Shown here in pieces: positions 54,186-64,000 of a stretch of 64,000 bases of DNA. A model generated the notes under the pieces. That model worked only from the letters and a program-made list of their open reading frames with translations. It was not told the origin of the DNA and searched no databases. Every line of letters begins with the position of its first letter. Position 1 is the first letter of the stretch. Position numbers and translations under genes: made by a program. Origin of the DNA: Eledone cirrhosa (taxonomy: Eukaryota); the NCBI GenBank assembly GCA_964016885.1, contig OZ024743.1, positions 227,044,001-227,108,000 of the forward strand, in the 5' to 3' direction.

Positions 54186-54368
54186 AAAGAAGAAGAAGAA
54201 GAAGAAGAAGAAGAAGAAGAAGAAGAAGAAGAAGAAGAAGAAGAAGAAGAAGAAGAAGAAGAAGAAGAAGAAGAAGAAGAAGAAGAAGAAGAAGAAGAAG
54301 AAGAAGAAGAAGAAGAAGAAGAAGAAGAAGAAGAAGAAGAAGAAGAAGAAGAAGAAGAAGAAGAAGAA
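54186..54368. repeat. (GAA)n microsatellite, ~60 units
   Basis: Perfect tract. Confidence 0.95.
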
Positions 54369-54719
54369 ATCACACAGAAAAGAGCGGCAGAATAACTTGT
54401 AGCCGAAAATTCGCAAGTGGTTGTCTTAGTGGAGACCACGAAACCCTTGGCATTAATGGATTAATCTAGAGGAGAGTGAAAAAAGGCGGAAGCATCTTTT
54501 AGGGAGTATCAAAATAGTCGTGTTTGAAAGAAAGGAACTGGTGGAGTATGTTGTATGCTTCTTTGTAACAGGAAGAGCCTTGATGAATCATTGTTGGCTC
54601 ACCTGGATGGGGATTCTTTTCGAAAAAAAATGTCCTGAGTCTCCAGGATACAAAACATGATACATTATATGATGATACGTCCATGGATGTATGAAGAACA
54701 CAAGACAGATAGCGAGAGA

Positions 54720-54790
<71 letters not shown>

Positions 54791-55464
54791 CTTTTCATTT
54801 TATATACTCTTTAATAAGGGATCAACATATTGATGATGTTTTGTTTCCCAGCAGTAGCGTCAAGCAGACATTTTCTTCGCTAGTTAGCTCCAACGAAAGA
54901 AGGCATGATGAAACCGATTTCCATATTTCTTAGTAGTTCGAACTCTCTGATAGTTTTGCTATCTTTTTCTTTCTTCCCCTTGTTTATGAACAAGTGTGTT
55001 TGTGTGTGTGCTTTGTTTTTACTATTGGGTTTGGCATGCAAATAATGGAGTATTATATTGTGACAGTCTTCAGTTGATAGTGCATCGTTTAATTATATTT
55101 TTATGTCCCCGTTTATCGTTATTAGAAGTCCCTTCAACTTTTGGATTTATTTGTGTTCGAACATTAAATGACCATTTTGTTTCAAATGGTTTTACACAGT
55201 ATTGCGTCATTTCTAGATATTAGCTCATACTCTTCGCAAATAGAGGAAGTCACATTGGAAATTATTATCAACACAATAAAATGTTGTACAAATGTTGTTT
55301 AATACAGACTTTCTCTCTATCTAAGTTATTCAGGTAGACGTGCTAAACCTTCTATGTTTGTAATATGATCCAAAATGAATAAAATTCGTCCAACAAAATA
55401 TATTAATTTTCAAACCGTTCTCGGGAAATTTTATAATTTTGCGGTACATGACGAATATAAATAA

Positions 55465-55708
55465 TAATAATTGTTTCTACTATAGGCCAGTAACTTGGAT
55501 GGAGGAGAAAGTCGCTCAAATCGACCCCAGTGAGTTACTAGTACTTTAAAGTTAATCTCAGAGGGATTTAAACTCAGACCGTAAAGTGCCGTAACTCTAT
55601 GCTGGAAAGTATGGCGTCCGACCCTCTACCGATACTGCCAATCCACCTCCCTGATAGTAATGATAGTAATAATTGTTTCTACTTTTGGCACAAGGCCAGC
55701 AATTATCC
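55465..55708 (-). mobile_element. tRNA-derived SINE plus adjacent SINE tail fragment
   Basis: aactcagaccgtaaag..ggcgtccgaccctctaccgatactgccaatccacc. Confidence 0.8.
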
Positions 55709-56194
55709 TCGTGCATTTTTCTAACTTGCATTTGAATTTCTTTTGAAATTTCGTGGGTAAGTTTTTGTTCAATTTCGCACATTTACACTGAAAGTGGTCG
55801 GCCCAAAACATTCTTTCTGTAATTGACTAAGCAAACGCCCCAGCAATCACATATATGTCTTCCCGCGTATAACGGCTATTAAGGACCGTTAAAATTGTAT
55901 CTCTTCTCCGGCTCTTTGAAAAATTCAAGTTCAAAATGGCTGGTTTAAAATGTGGAGAAAGTGACAAACAAGATCCTTTATAATGAGTAAGGTTTAGCCA
56001 CCACGTCCTTGTCAATATGACGTTTCATCCACTTCGTTCGAAGGGCTTTTTCCTGTGTAGCCATTAACATTCACTCAGGTGTTAATAAGTGTGGAATCTT
56101 AGGGTTTAGGAGGAATAAACTGAAGTGAAGCAAAGAAATCGAAGTACCGATGGGTGAGATGATAAAGGAGATCAACACGGAAGAAGGATATGTT

Positions 56195-57090
56195 AAGGTC
56201 ATCTTTCTTTAACCAGTCCCATGACTCCAGATATCTGGATTCTAGTTGTTTTTCCTCTTTTTCGTTACTTCTCTCTTGGCCATTTACAGCTCTATTCTCT
56301 CCTTCTTCAATACGACGTCACGCATTGGCTCCTTACTCTCAGATTCATATTTATATAAACAGCTCTTCACCATCTGAAAATAGTCCTTCCCACTGATAAA
56401 ACCTCTTGAAACTTCAGATGTCCTTAATTACAGTCAATCAACATCACCCTTTGTGTGAAACATACTATCGGTAGTCATTCATTTCTTTGTCTTTCCAGCC
56501 AATTCATTTTACTCCATTTAAGAATTCCCGTATTGTACCTAATAATAGAAACAGCTCGGGAATTTACTGCACTTATGGCATTCCTACTATTCAGATATGA
56601 TTTTAGTATTTTCCTTACGTTCCTTATGAATTCAGATCTTATCATCTCTTTCATTTTATGGTCGTTGATTTCACCTGCCTCTAAATCAGCCAAATACCTA
56701 TATCCTTCTTCCGTGTTGATCTCCTTTATCATCTCACCCATCGGTACTTCGATTTCTTTGCTTCACTTCAGTTTATTCCTCCTAAACCCTAAGATTCCAC
56801 ACTTATTAACACCAAATTCCAAACATATATCATTGCTGAAAATATGAACAGTGTTAACAAGTACATTCCCTAAGAGTTTTAAATTATCTATGAAGATGGG
56901 GTAGTTCATGTTAAACTCTCCTCTTCCCAGTTCATATTCTGACTTACTCTTTGCAATACGAGGTACAAGAAAATGAGGATAAGGACAAACAATGAAGGAG
57001 ACTAGCACTTGGGAAGATACACACCTTGAAATTCACAGCTCTTGAGGTGTGCCCCTTGGTGTTAACTCTGTCTCCCAACTCTTCATGATT
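56195..57090 (-). mobile_element. Decayed R4/Dong-like LINE RT fragment
   Basis: FIDNLKL..VHIFSNDICLEFGVNKC; EEGYRYL..KILKSYLNSRNAISAVNSRAVSIIRYNTGILKWS. Confidence 0.8.
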
Positions 57091-57699
57091 GAGCAGCACG
57101 TATCAGTCACGGTTCGTCAATGAGCGGACTGTGGCTTAGTTACTACGTTGCGTCTCTGCCACACGGGATTATCGGAGAGCTCTTGTTCTCTTGTTTATTA
57201 TAGTAACACCATTCGCTCTAACAATGCAACGATGTTTCGTGTTAAAGAAATAGTCTAGTACCATTCTTGAAGCTAGCACGTCTGTTGCAATTCCACTGTT
57301 AATCACTCCATCTATTTTAGTTGCTAACACTATTTTTTCATATGACTACTTCTTTACCTATCGAATCAACTCTAATCCCTCTCTTGATGGCATCCCACCA
57401 CCTGTTGATGTCGACTGCCCCTGTCAACCGGTTCTTAAATAATGTGTTAATCCGGTCACTGTAGGCTTTACGCTCCAGATACAACTCGTTAAGCTTCCAG
57501 TAACTTGGTCATGACTTCTATCTAGGTTGACAAAGCAGATTACAAATTTGCCGTCAGAATAGGATAAAAGTTTGAAATTGTGAAAACCGAATTCTATCTT
57601 TATCTGCTAAATTAATCAAGAACCTATCTGTATACGGAATAGATGGCCCTATAAAATTGAACCACTTCCACATATGTGCATTCGAGAAATTTAGTCGGT

Positions 57700-58000
57700 A
57701 TTTGTTGGAACTGTCTGATCTGGCTTTTGAGGCTTTTTATTTCTCGCGTCTATCGGCTACACTCACAAAATTTCAGCGTGCATCCAATATGCCGTTTTAA
57801 CTTCCCTCTAAATGTAAAGAGCGAGGCGTTCCTAGAACGGTTTCTATACGCCTGGGGAAAACCGGCCGTCATACCCCTGACAACGCGTCGATTGCCACTG
57901 TCTGAAAGCAACACCTTTGCTATTACTCACATCCAGGACCACTAACGTGTCATTCGTATATTGTTATCCAAGCAAAAACATTGAAATTGAAGCTGTTATA
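57700..58000 (+). mobile_element. Possible decayed LTR-retrotransposon integrase fragment
   Basis: EAFLERFLYAWGKPAVI(frameshift)DN..THI.RTT loosely resembles integrase core motifs (FG.P..I.TDNG, HIRTT.YHP). Confidence 0.35.
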
Positions 58001-58469
58001 GTTGTCCAAAAGAGAGTCTCCGGAAGAGTTATTGAGATGGTGCCTGTTGTACACCACTTCAATGAGCTTGTGAGTTCTGAATCAATAGACAATTGCAAGT
58101 TCCAGCCATAACACTGACATGTACCTCTTCTGCCAGTCTCTTCTGATCAATTGGAAGAATAATAACTTAACAACTACAACAATCAACACTATTAACATCA
58201 GCTACATTATCACTACCAACATCAACACTACCAGTATAACAAGAAATAACAAGATAAAAAACAACAACAACAATAATAAGAACATTAATAATATTATTAA
58301 TGGATTTTCAGAGAAATATAATATGAATCATATATTCAAGCTAGACTATTGATATGGACATTATCACGCCTCTCTTTCTCTTGTTTGATGGCATATTTGG
58401 TAAGACCCAACCATGAATGATGCTTTCTATTCTTTTTAAACATAGTAATAGTGTACATATGAAGTATGC

Positions 58470-58503
<34 letters not shown>

Positions 58504-58576
58504 GTTTCGTTTCTCCCAAAGTATAACAATATATATATTATGGTTGTGTGTATATATAGGTATATATAAGCTTATA

Positions 58577-58622
<46 letters not shown>

Positions 58623-58689
58623 TATATGCTTATATATATGCATATATATATATATATATATGCATATATATATATATTATGCATATATA

Positions 58690-58743
<54 letters not shown>

Positions 58744-58787
58744 TATATATGCATAATATATATATATATGCATATATATATATGTAT

Positions 58788-58821
<34 letters not shown>

Positions 58822-59273
58822 TAATGTGTGAATTTAGATATGTAGATATCAGAATGTGTATATCTATGTATACATATATTCAAAGATATCTGGAGAAGTG
58901 ATGACCAAAAATTTAGACGAAGAGCGTAAGAGAGAGAGAAGAAGAAGAGAAGGATATTGGAATATTTGAGAAAAGAAGAGACATGGCTGGAAAATGATAG
59001 TTAGTGTTAGGGAAGGATAGATAGTGGGAGCTTTTGAAATTGGTGCTGAAACATGGTTAGACGAGAAAAGTAATACAAATAAAAACAAACTTTTTACTCA
59101 TGTTTTTCCTTGGGGTTTTACTTGATACAATTGTTATAGCTGTGTTCTGAAAGATATAGACACATATGTATGTAATGCATATATTTATATATAGAGATAT
59201 ATAAATATGTAACTACATATATACACATATATTTATGCACACACCACACACACATAAATATATATATGTATTT

Positions 59274-59344
<71 letters not shown>

Positions 59345-59352
<8 letters not shown>

Positions 59353-59805
59353 AAAATGACAGGAGGCTGGACTTGTGTAAATCCTTGAAAGGTTTATTGT
59401 ACTATGATCATTTCAATGACCGGGTTCCGTATGAATCCGGTGATATCATCGGGTATTTGGAATATAATAAAAGAATTTAACAGATAAAATCCATGGGGCT
59501 CACGATCATAGTCCCGAGGACGACCGACTATATTGTATCTTCCACTTTAGCCGGTCGCCCTCAAGTGCTTGCTATTCGGTCTACTTAAGGCCATCTGGTG
59601 AGGGGGCGAAAGCTTATAATGTGCTACTAACCTCCCGGTCAAAGAGAAAAAAAAAATGTATTATAATAATTAACTCCGTACTCGCACCAACAACTAAACG
59701 AAGACGCTTGAGCTGCTTTACGTTGAGTACTCTCCATATTATTACATCAAGATTGACCATACGGAATGACAAACTCTATCCAGCGGTGAACCTTCAATCC
59801 TAAAT
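59345..59805 (+). mobile_element. Short family C element (inverted arm plus tail only)
   Basis: Minus-strand arm 59345-59645 with hammerhead 59399-59456 (core mutated to CCGAUGA), then plus-strand tail 59665-59805. Confidence 0.8.
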
Positions 59806-59831
59806 AAATATATATATATATATATATATAT

Positions 59832-61265
59832 ATGGTGATGAAGAGGTGTGATATTGATGATATCATCCTGGGATTCTGTAACGATGCACTGGAGAAAGGA
59901 GTTGCCCCGAATAAGTGGAGGATCAGTAACATCGTCCCAGTGCCAAAGAAGGGAGATCTCTCTAACACCAACAACTACCGGGGGATCTCACTGACGTCAC
60001 TTGTGGCAAAGACCCTCAACAGGATGATTCTTAACAGGATCCAGCCTGAGATGGAGAAGAAGCTCAGGGACAACCAGAACGGCTTCAGAGAGGGTAGATC
60101 AACCACCAGTCACATCCTGATGCTGAGGAGGATATTAGAGGGAGCTAGAGCAAAGTGCCTTCCTGCGGTCATGGTTTTCATTGACTTTAGGAAGGCCTTT
60201 GATTCTGTGGACCGTTACTGCCTGATGAAGATCTTACAGGCTTATGGAATCCCCAAGAGGATAGTGGACCTGATATCACTGCTCTACACCTACACCAAAG
60301 CCCAAGTCATTACACCTGATGGGATGACAGAGTTCTTTGAGATACTGGCTGGAGTGCTCCAGGGAGATACATTGGCTCCCTACCTTTTTATGATCGTAGT
60401 GGACTATTGTATGCGCCTTGCACTAGAGAAACACCAGGACTCTGGCTTTACTGTAGCACCGGCTCAGAGCAGGAGAGTTGGGGCGAAAAAGGTATCGGAT
60501 GCTGAATTTGCCGACGACATACTTTTGGTGACAAATACAGTGAAGGAGGCAGAGGATTTGATGCGGGAGGTTGAGACTGTGTCGATGAGTGTGGGGCTGA
60601 GAATGAATGAGACTAAAACAAAATATCTGGTAGAGAATGTTGAGACGCCAGAGGGGATCACTAATGTAGGCGGGAAGCCGCTGGAATTGGTTGAGGACTT
60701 CCTGTATTTGGGAGCAAAGATTGGGAATACGGAGGATGATGTGGTTGAGAGGAAGAGCAGGGCCTGGGCGGCGTGTCACAGCTTGAGATCGGTGTGGAAG
60801 TCGGACCTTCGTAGAGACCTGAAAATCCGCCTCTTCATTGCTGTAGTGGAGTCTGTGCTGCTGTGTGGGTCTGAGACTTGGACACTGACCAAGAGACTCA
60901 CTCAGATGGTGGATGGGTGCTACACGAGAATGCTGAGGATGGCTCTGAACATTAATCAGTATACACTGAGGATGAAAAACTCAGAGCTGTATGGGAGCAT
61001 CCCAAAAGTCAGCTCAAAAGTGACACAGAGGAGACTGAGGTTGGCTGGACATGCTCACCGACATCCAGAGTTGACATTGCACTCAGTGCTCCTTTGGGAG
61101 CCCCTACATAGACACACTAGAAGAGGAAGACCAAGGTTAACATATGTTGATGCCCTAAGGACAGACACTGGTCTGTTGGAGATGCAGGATATGGCAGCGA
61201 TAATGAGGGACAGAGACCGCTGGAGAGAACTCGTCCATGGTTCTCGGGAATTTTACCCGCCTTAG
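59832..61265 (+). CDS. RTE-clade LINE reverse transcriptase (5'-truncated, open frame, 477 aa)
   Basis: PVPKKGDLS..NYRGISL, QNGFR..RST, FIDFRKAFDSV, GVLQGDTLAP, EFADD, FLYLG, GSETW, RRLRLAGH, RRGRPR; no endonuclease domain; (TA)n at both ends. Confidence 0.93.
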   Translation: MVMKRCDIDDIILGFCNDALEKGVAPNKWRISNIVPVPKKGDLSNTNNYRGISLTSLVAKTLNRMILNRIQPEMEKKLRDNQNGFREGRSTTSHILMLRRILEGARAKCLPAVMVFIDFRKAFDSVDRYCLMKILQAYGIPKRIVDLISLLYTYTKAQVITPDGMTEFFEILAGVLQGDTLAPYLFMIVVDYCMRLALEKHQDSGFTVAPAQSRRVGAKKVSDAEFADDILLVTNTVKEAEDLMREVETVSMSVGLRMNETKTKYLVENVETPEGITNVGGKPLELVEDFLYLGAKIGNTEDDVVERKSRAWAACHSLRSVWKSDLRRDLKIRLFIAVVESVLLCGSETWTLTKRLTQMVDGCYTRMLRMALNINQYTLRMKNSELYGSIPKVSSKVTQRRLRLAGHAHRHPELTLHSVLLWEPLHRHTRRGRPRLTYVDALRTDTGLLEMQDMAAIMRDRDRWRELVHGSREFYPP

Positions 61266-61288
61266 ATATATATATATATATATATATA

Positions 61289-61416
61289 TAACGAAGGATA
61301 TGTGGTAAAGAACCAGGTGGACCATAACGCACCATGGTAGTCGATAATTTGTGCAGTAGAGTGGGTAATAGGAAAAGAGTCAAGACCCCGGCAGCTGAGA
61401 TCCGGCCGTTTCGACA
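61289..61416 (-). mobile_element. Family B element truncated within hammerhead stem II
   Basis: Matches 8521-8639 and 33828-33955; ends at gccgtttcgaca. Confidence 0.75.
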
Positions 61417-61518
61417 CAAAAGATCTCAACATAAATGGACCTGTTATTTTTATCTAAAGACATTTTTTTACCAATTCACTCCCGCCTGTCCTCTCAATCT
61501 ATCTTATTTCTCATTGTT

Positions 61519-61554
61519 TCTTCTGATGAAGAACTAGCATCAGAAACGTTAAGA
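61519..61554 (+). ncRNA. Minimal hammerhead ribozyme of a PLE 3' end (61417-61645)
   Basis: TCTT CTGATGA agaactagcatca GAAAC GTT AAGA; stem II weak. Confidence 0.65.
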
Positions 61555-61646
61555 CCCGCTTCCTGCTATATCAAGCGTTAACCTAATATATCCCTTGCAT
61601 ATACTGTACCGATTGTGTTGTTATTTCTGTTTACCTTTTTCATATC

Positions 61647-61678
<32 letters not shown>

Positions 61679-61731
61679 CATATATATATATTTATATACA
61701 TATATATATATTTATATACATATATATATAC

Positions 61732-62340
61732 ATGGTGGCTGCCAACTCGTTTTCGAGTACGGCCACTACTTTATATCCATGTAGGAGAACCCCTACCGAT
61801 GCGCTGAGCGAGTGTGAATTTTTAGTCCAGCCAGCGACTTGAAAACTCTGGTACAAACACTACACTTGTGACAATTATTGACACAGTGCTGGGCCCATGG
61901 TACCATGTGACGGCAAGTGCAGAGAGATCTCCAGATATAAAGCAATGCCTGTGCCGTTAAGCTTTTATAGTGAGCAAAGGCACTGAACAAAGCCAGTCCC
62001 ACTCTCTTAACCAAGATGATATTTACCAAAAAGAAGAACAAGTCAACATCATTGGATACCATCAGGGTTGCAGGTGTTATATCAGAGTTTTCCTTCTCCT
62101 AGAATTCTGCCTTGACAAAGGCTAAGGGGTCATCTCTCCCAGTGATTTTGGATGGCCATTGACTCTTAAGAGCTCCTTTGCCCTTTGACAGGTTTTATTT
62201 TTAGTCCTGCAGGATGTCCAAAGTCACCCTCCTCACCAAGAAACCTTGGTGGGGTTGCCAGTTTAGTCGCCAACGACCCGACCATTAGACAGGTTGTACT
62301 GGGATACATGTTACCAGTAGCACCAACTGGTTTCCTGACA
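61732..62340 (-). mobile_element. Bipartite RTE-derived retroposon, full length
   Basis: Collinear with 44052-44662, with the same ends. Confidence 0.75.
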
Positions 62341-62535
62341 TAATATATATATACATACATATATATATACACACATATATATACACATACATATATATAT
62401 ATACATACATATATAAATCATATATATATACACATACATATAAATGCATATACATATATATATATACATATATATATATACATACACATATATATATGTA
62501 TATATATATATATACATATATATATATACATACAC

Positions 62536-62566
<31 letters not shown>

Positions 62567-62611
62567 TATTTATATATACATACACATATATATATGTATA
62601 TACATATATAT

Positions 62612-62754
<143 letters not shown>

Positions 62755-62755
62755 A

Positions 62756-62788
<33 letters not shown>

Positions 62789-62791
62789 CTA

Positions 62792-62814
<23 letters not shown>

Positions 62815-62823
<9 letters not shown>

Positions 62824-63000
62824 CGTAAAATAAGAAAATTTTTAAAAAGTTTTTTTTAAAGTGTTCTTATTTTACGTCTTTTATATTAATGTTCTGCATT
62901 CTCCTGCATTGAACCACCTAGGTACTATGACATAACCTGTGTATTTGCTGGCATTAGCGTACATCTGTGCGCTTATGTTAGTAGATATATTAAATTATCT
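62815..63000 (+). mobile_element. Fold-back mini-element with tail
   Basis: ataaaagacgtaaaataagaa...ttcttattttacgtcttttat arms; tail contains ctgcattgaacc; (TA)n flanks. Confidence 0.6.
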
Positions 63001-63011
63001 ATATATATATA

Positions 63012-63213
63012 TATTTTATAGGAGGAGCTTCTACAGGACTAGTACAGTTTCATTCAGATGAAATCTTCAGGAAGCGCTTCCTGAAGATTTCATCTGAATG
63101 AAACAGTACTAGTCCTGTAGAAGCTCCTTCTATAAAATAAAAAAAATGTTACTCTGCCATGTATTGAGTACCTTACTTACTGTGGTTATCCCCGACTCAA
63201 CCCGGGACCTACG
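63012..63213 (+). mobile_element. Fold-back mini-element family A with back-to-back hammerheads
   Basis: Palindrome centred at 63075/63076; cores at 63027-63075 (-) and 63076-63124 (+). Confidence 0.9.
63076..63124 (+). ncRNA. Type I hammerhead ribozyme (family A)
   Basis: GCTTC CTGAAGA tttc-atct-gaat GAA ACAG tactagtc CTGT A GAAGC. Confidence 0.85.
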
Positions 63214-63231
63214 TATATATATATATATATA

Positions 63232-64000
63232 TATTAGAAAGTGAGGTTTTTTTACAAAATGTAAAATAACCGAGGTGTCCTACACGAGTGGAAGTATAAA
63301 GAAAAAGAGATGAAATCGAAAATGCAACTGAAGTCTTATTTTTTTTTTAAATATATATATTTATTTGGTTCCTTTACCGGTTTCGCAGTTCATCTGCTTT
63401 TCAAAAGGTGAGTTGAGATGGAGGGTCTGTGGTTTTTCTCACATCTGGTTGGTCTCTGAATGTTACTTGTTTTATATGGAAAAAGTGGCTCGAAAGCCAG
63501 GTTTTTCGAGAAGTAATTTGATTGGTTTGTCAATAATTATAATAAATTTCGCGCCAGTTCGCGTCATAATAGTTCTTCAAATAAGAGAGGGGGGGGGGGT
63601 TGTCACAGGTTGTTTTTTCATATATAAGTGTTTGAATTTCTTTTTACTTGAAAAAATTTATTATAATTATTTATTATAATTTATTATAATTTATTATAAT
63701 TATTATAATTTATTATAATTTATTATAATTTATTATAATTATTTATAATTTATTATAATTTATTATAATTATTGACAAACCAATCAAATTACTTCTCGAA
63801 AAACCTGGCTTTCGAGCCACTTTTTCCATATAAAACAAGTAACATTCAGAGACCAACCAAATGTGAGATAAACAACAGACCCTCCATCTCAACTCACCTT
63901 TTAGTAGAAGAACTGCGAAACCGGTAAAGGAACCAAATAAATATATGTATTTAAAAAAAAAATAAGACTTCAGTTGCATTTTCGATTTCATCTCATTTTC
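63232..64000 (-). mobile_element. Family K fold-back element with an AT-rich 10-bp satellite at the centre
   Basis: Left arm 63232-63540, right arm 63762 to the window end; (ttataattta)n at ~63660-63770. Confidence 0.8.
63371..63408 (-). ncRNA. Minimal hammerhead ribozyme, U3-A8 core variant
   Basis: CCTT TTGAAAA gcag-atgaa-ctgc GAAA ccgg TA AAGG. Confidence 0.75.

Noticed and set aside
63895-63930. Plus-strand family K hammerhead in the right arm
   Set aside because: Core box deleted or mutated (ttagta), so not counted as intact

Overview
Gene-poor, AT-rich animal DNA, most likely an octopus/cephalopod intron or intergenic region (inferred from the SINE families and very long (TA)n/(CA)n tracts). 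Almost all ORF-track entries are microsatellite artefacts and no host gene is confidently identifiable. Recognisable transposon coding remnants: a 5'-truncated but open RTE LINE RT ORF (59832-61265), a frameshifted Neptune-type Penelope-like element (PLE; RT, Zn finger, GIY-YIG; ~46130-48782), three R4/Dong-like LINE fragments, a DD37D maT transposon with TIRs, a decayed mariner, Helitron 3' ends, and many tRNA-derived and RTE-derived SINEs. The main signal is a dense set of short non-coding fold-back elements sitting in (TA)n tracts. They share one architecture, [short inverted arm] - head-to-head junction - [long arm + unique 3' tail], and by eye they carry about 22 minimal type I hammerhead ribozyme cores from roughly 9 distinct sequence families. 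These include back-to-back hammerheads on both strands with compensatory stem changes, a U3-A8 core variant, elements folded back inside hammerhead stem II, head-to-head chimeras of different families, and a shared tail motif (CTCTG..ATTGAG(C)TAC..TTACTG). Hammerheads in PLE pseudo-LTRs are established; their density, the shared tail motif and the chimeric architecture are what merit follow-up. All calls were made by eye without database searches.
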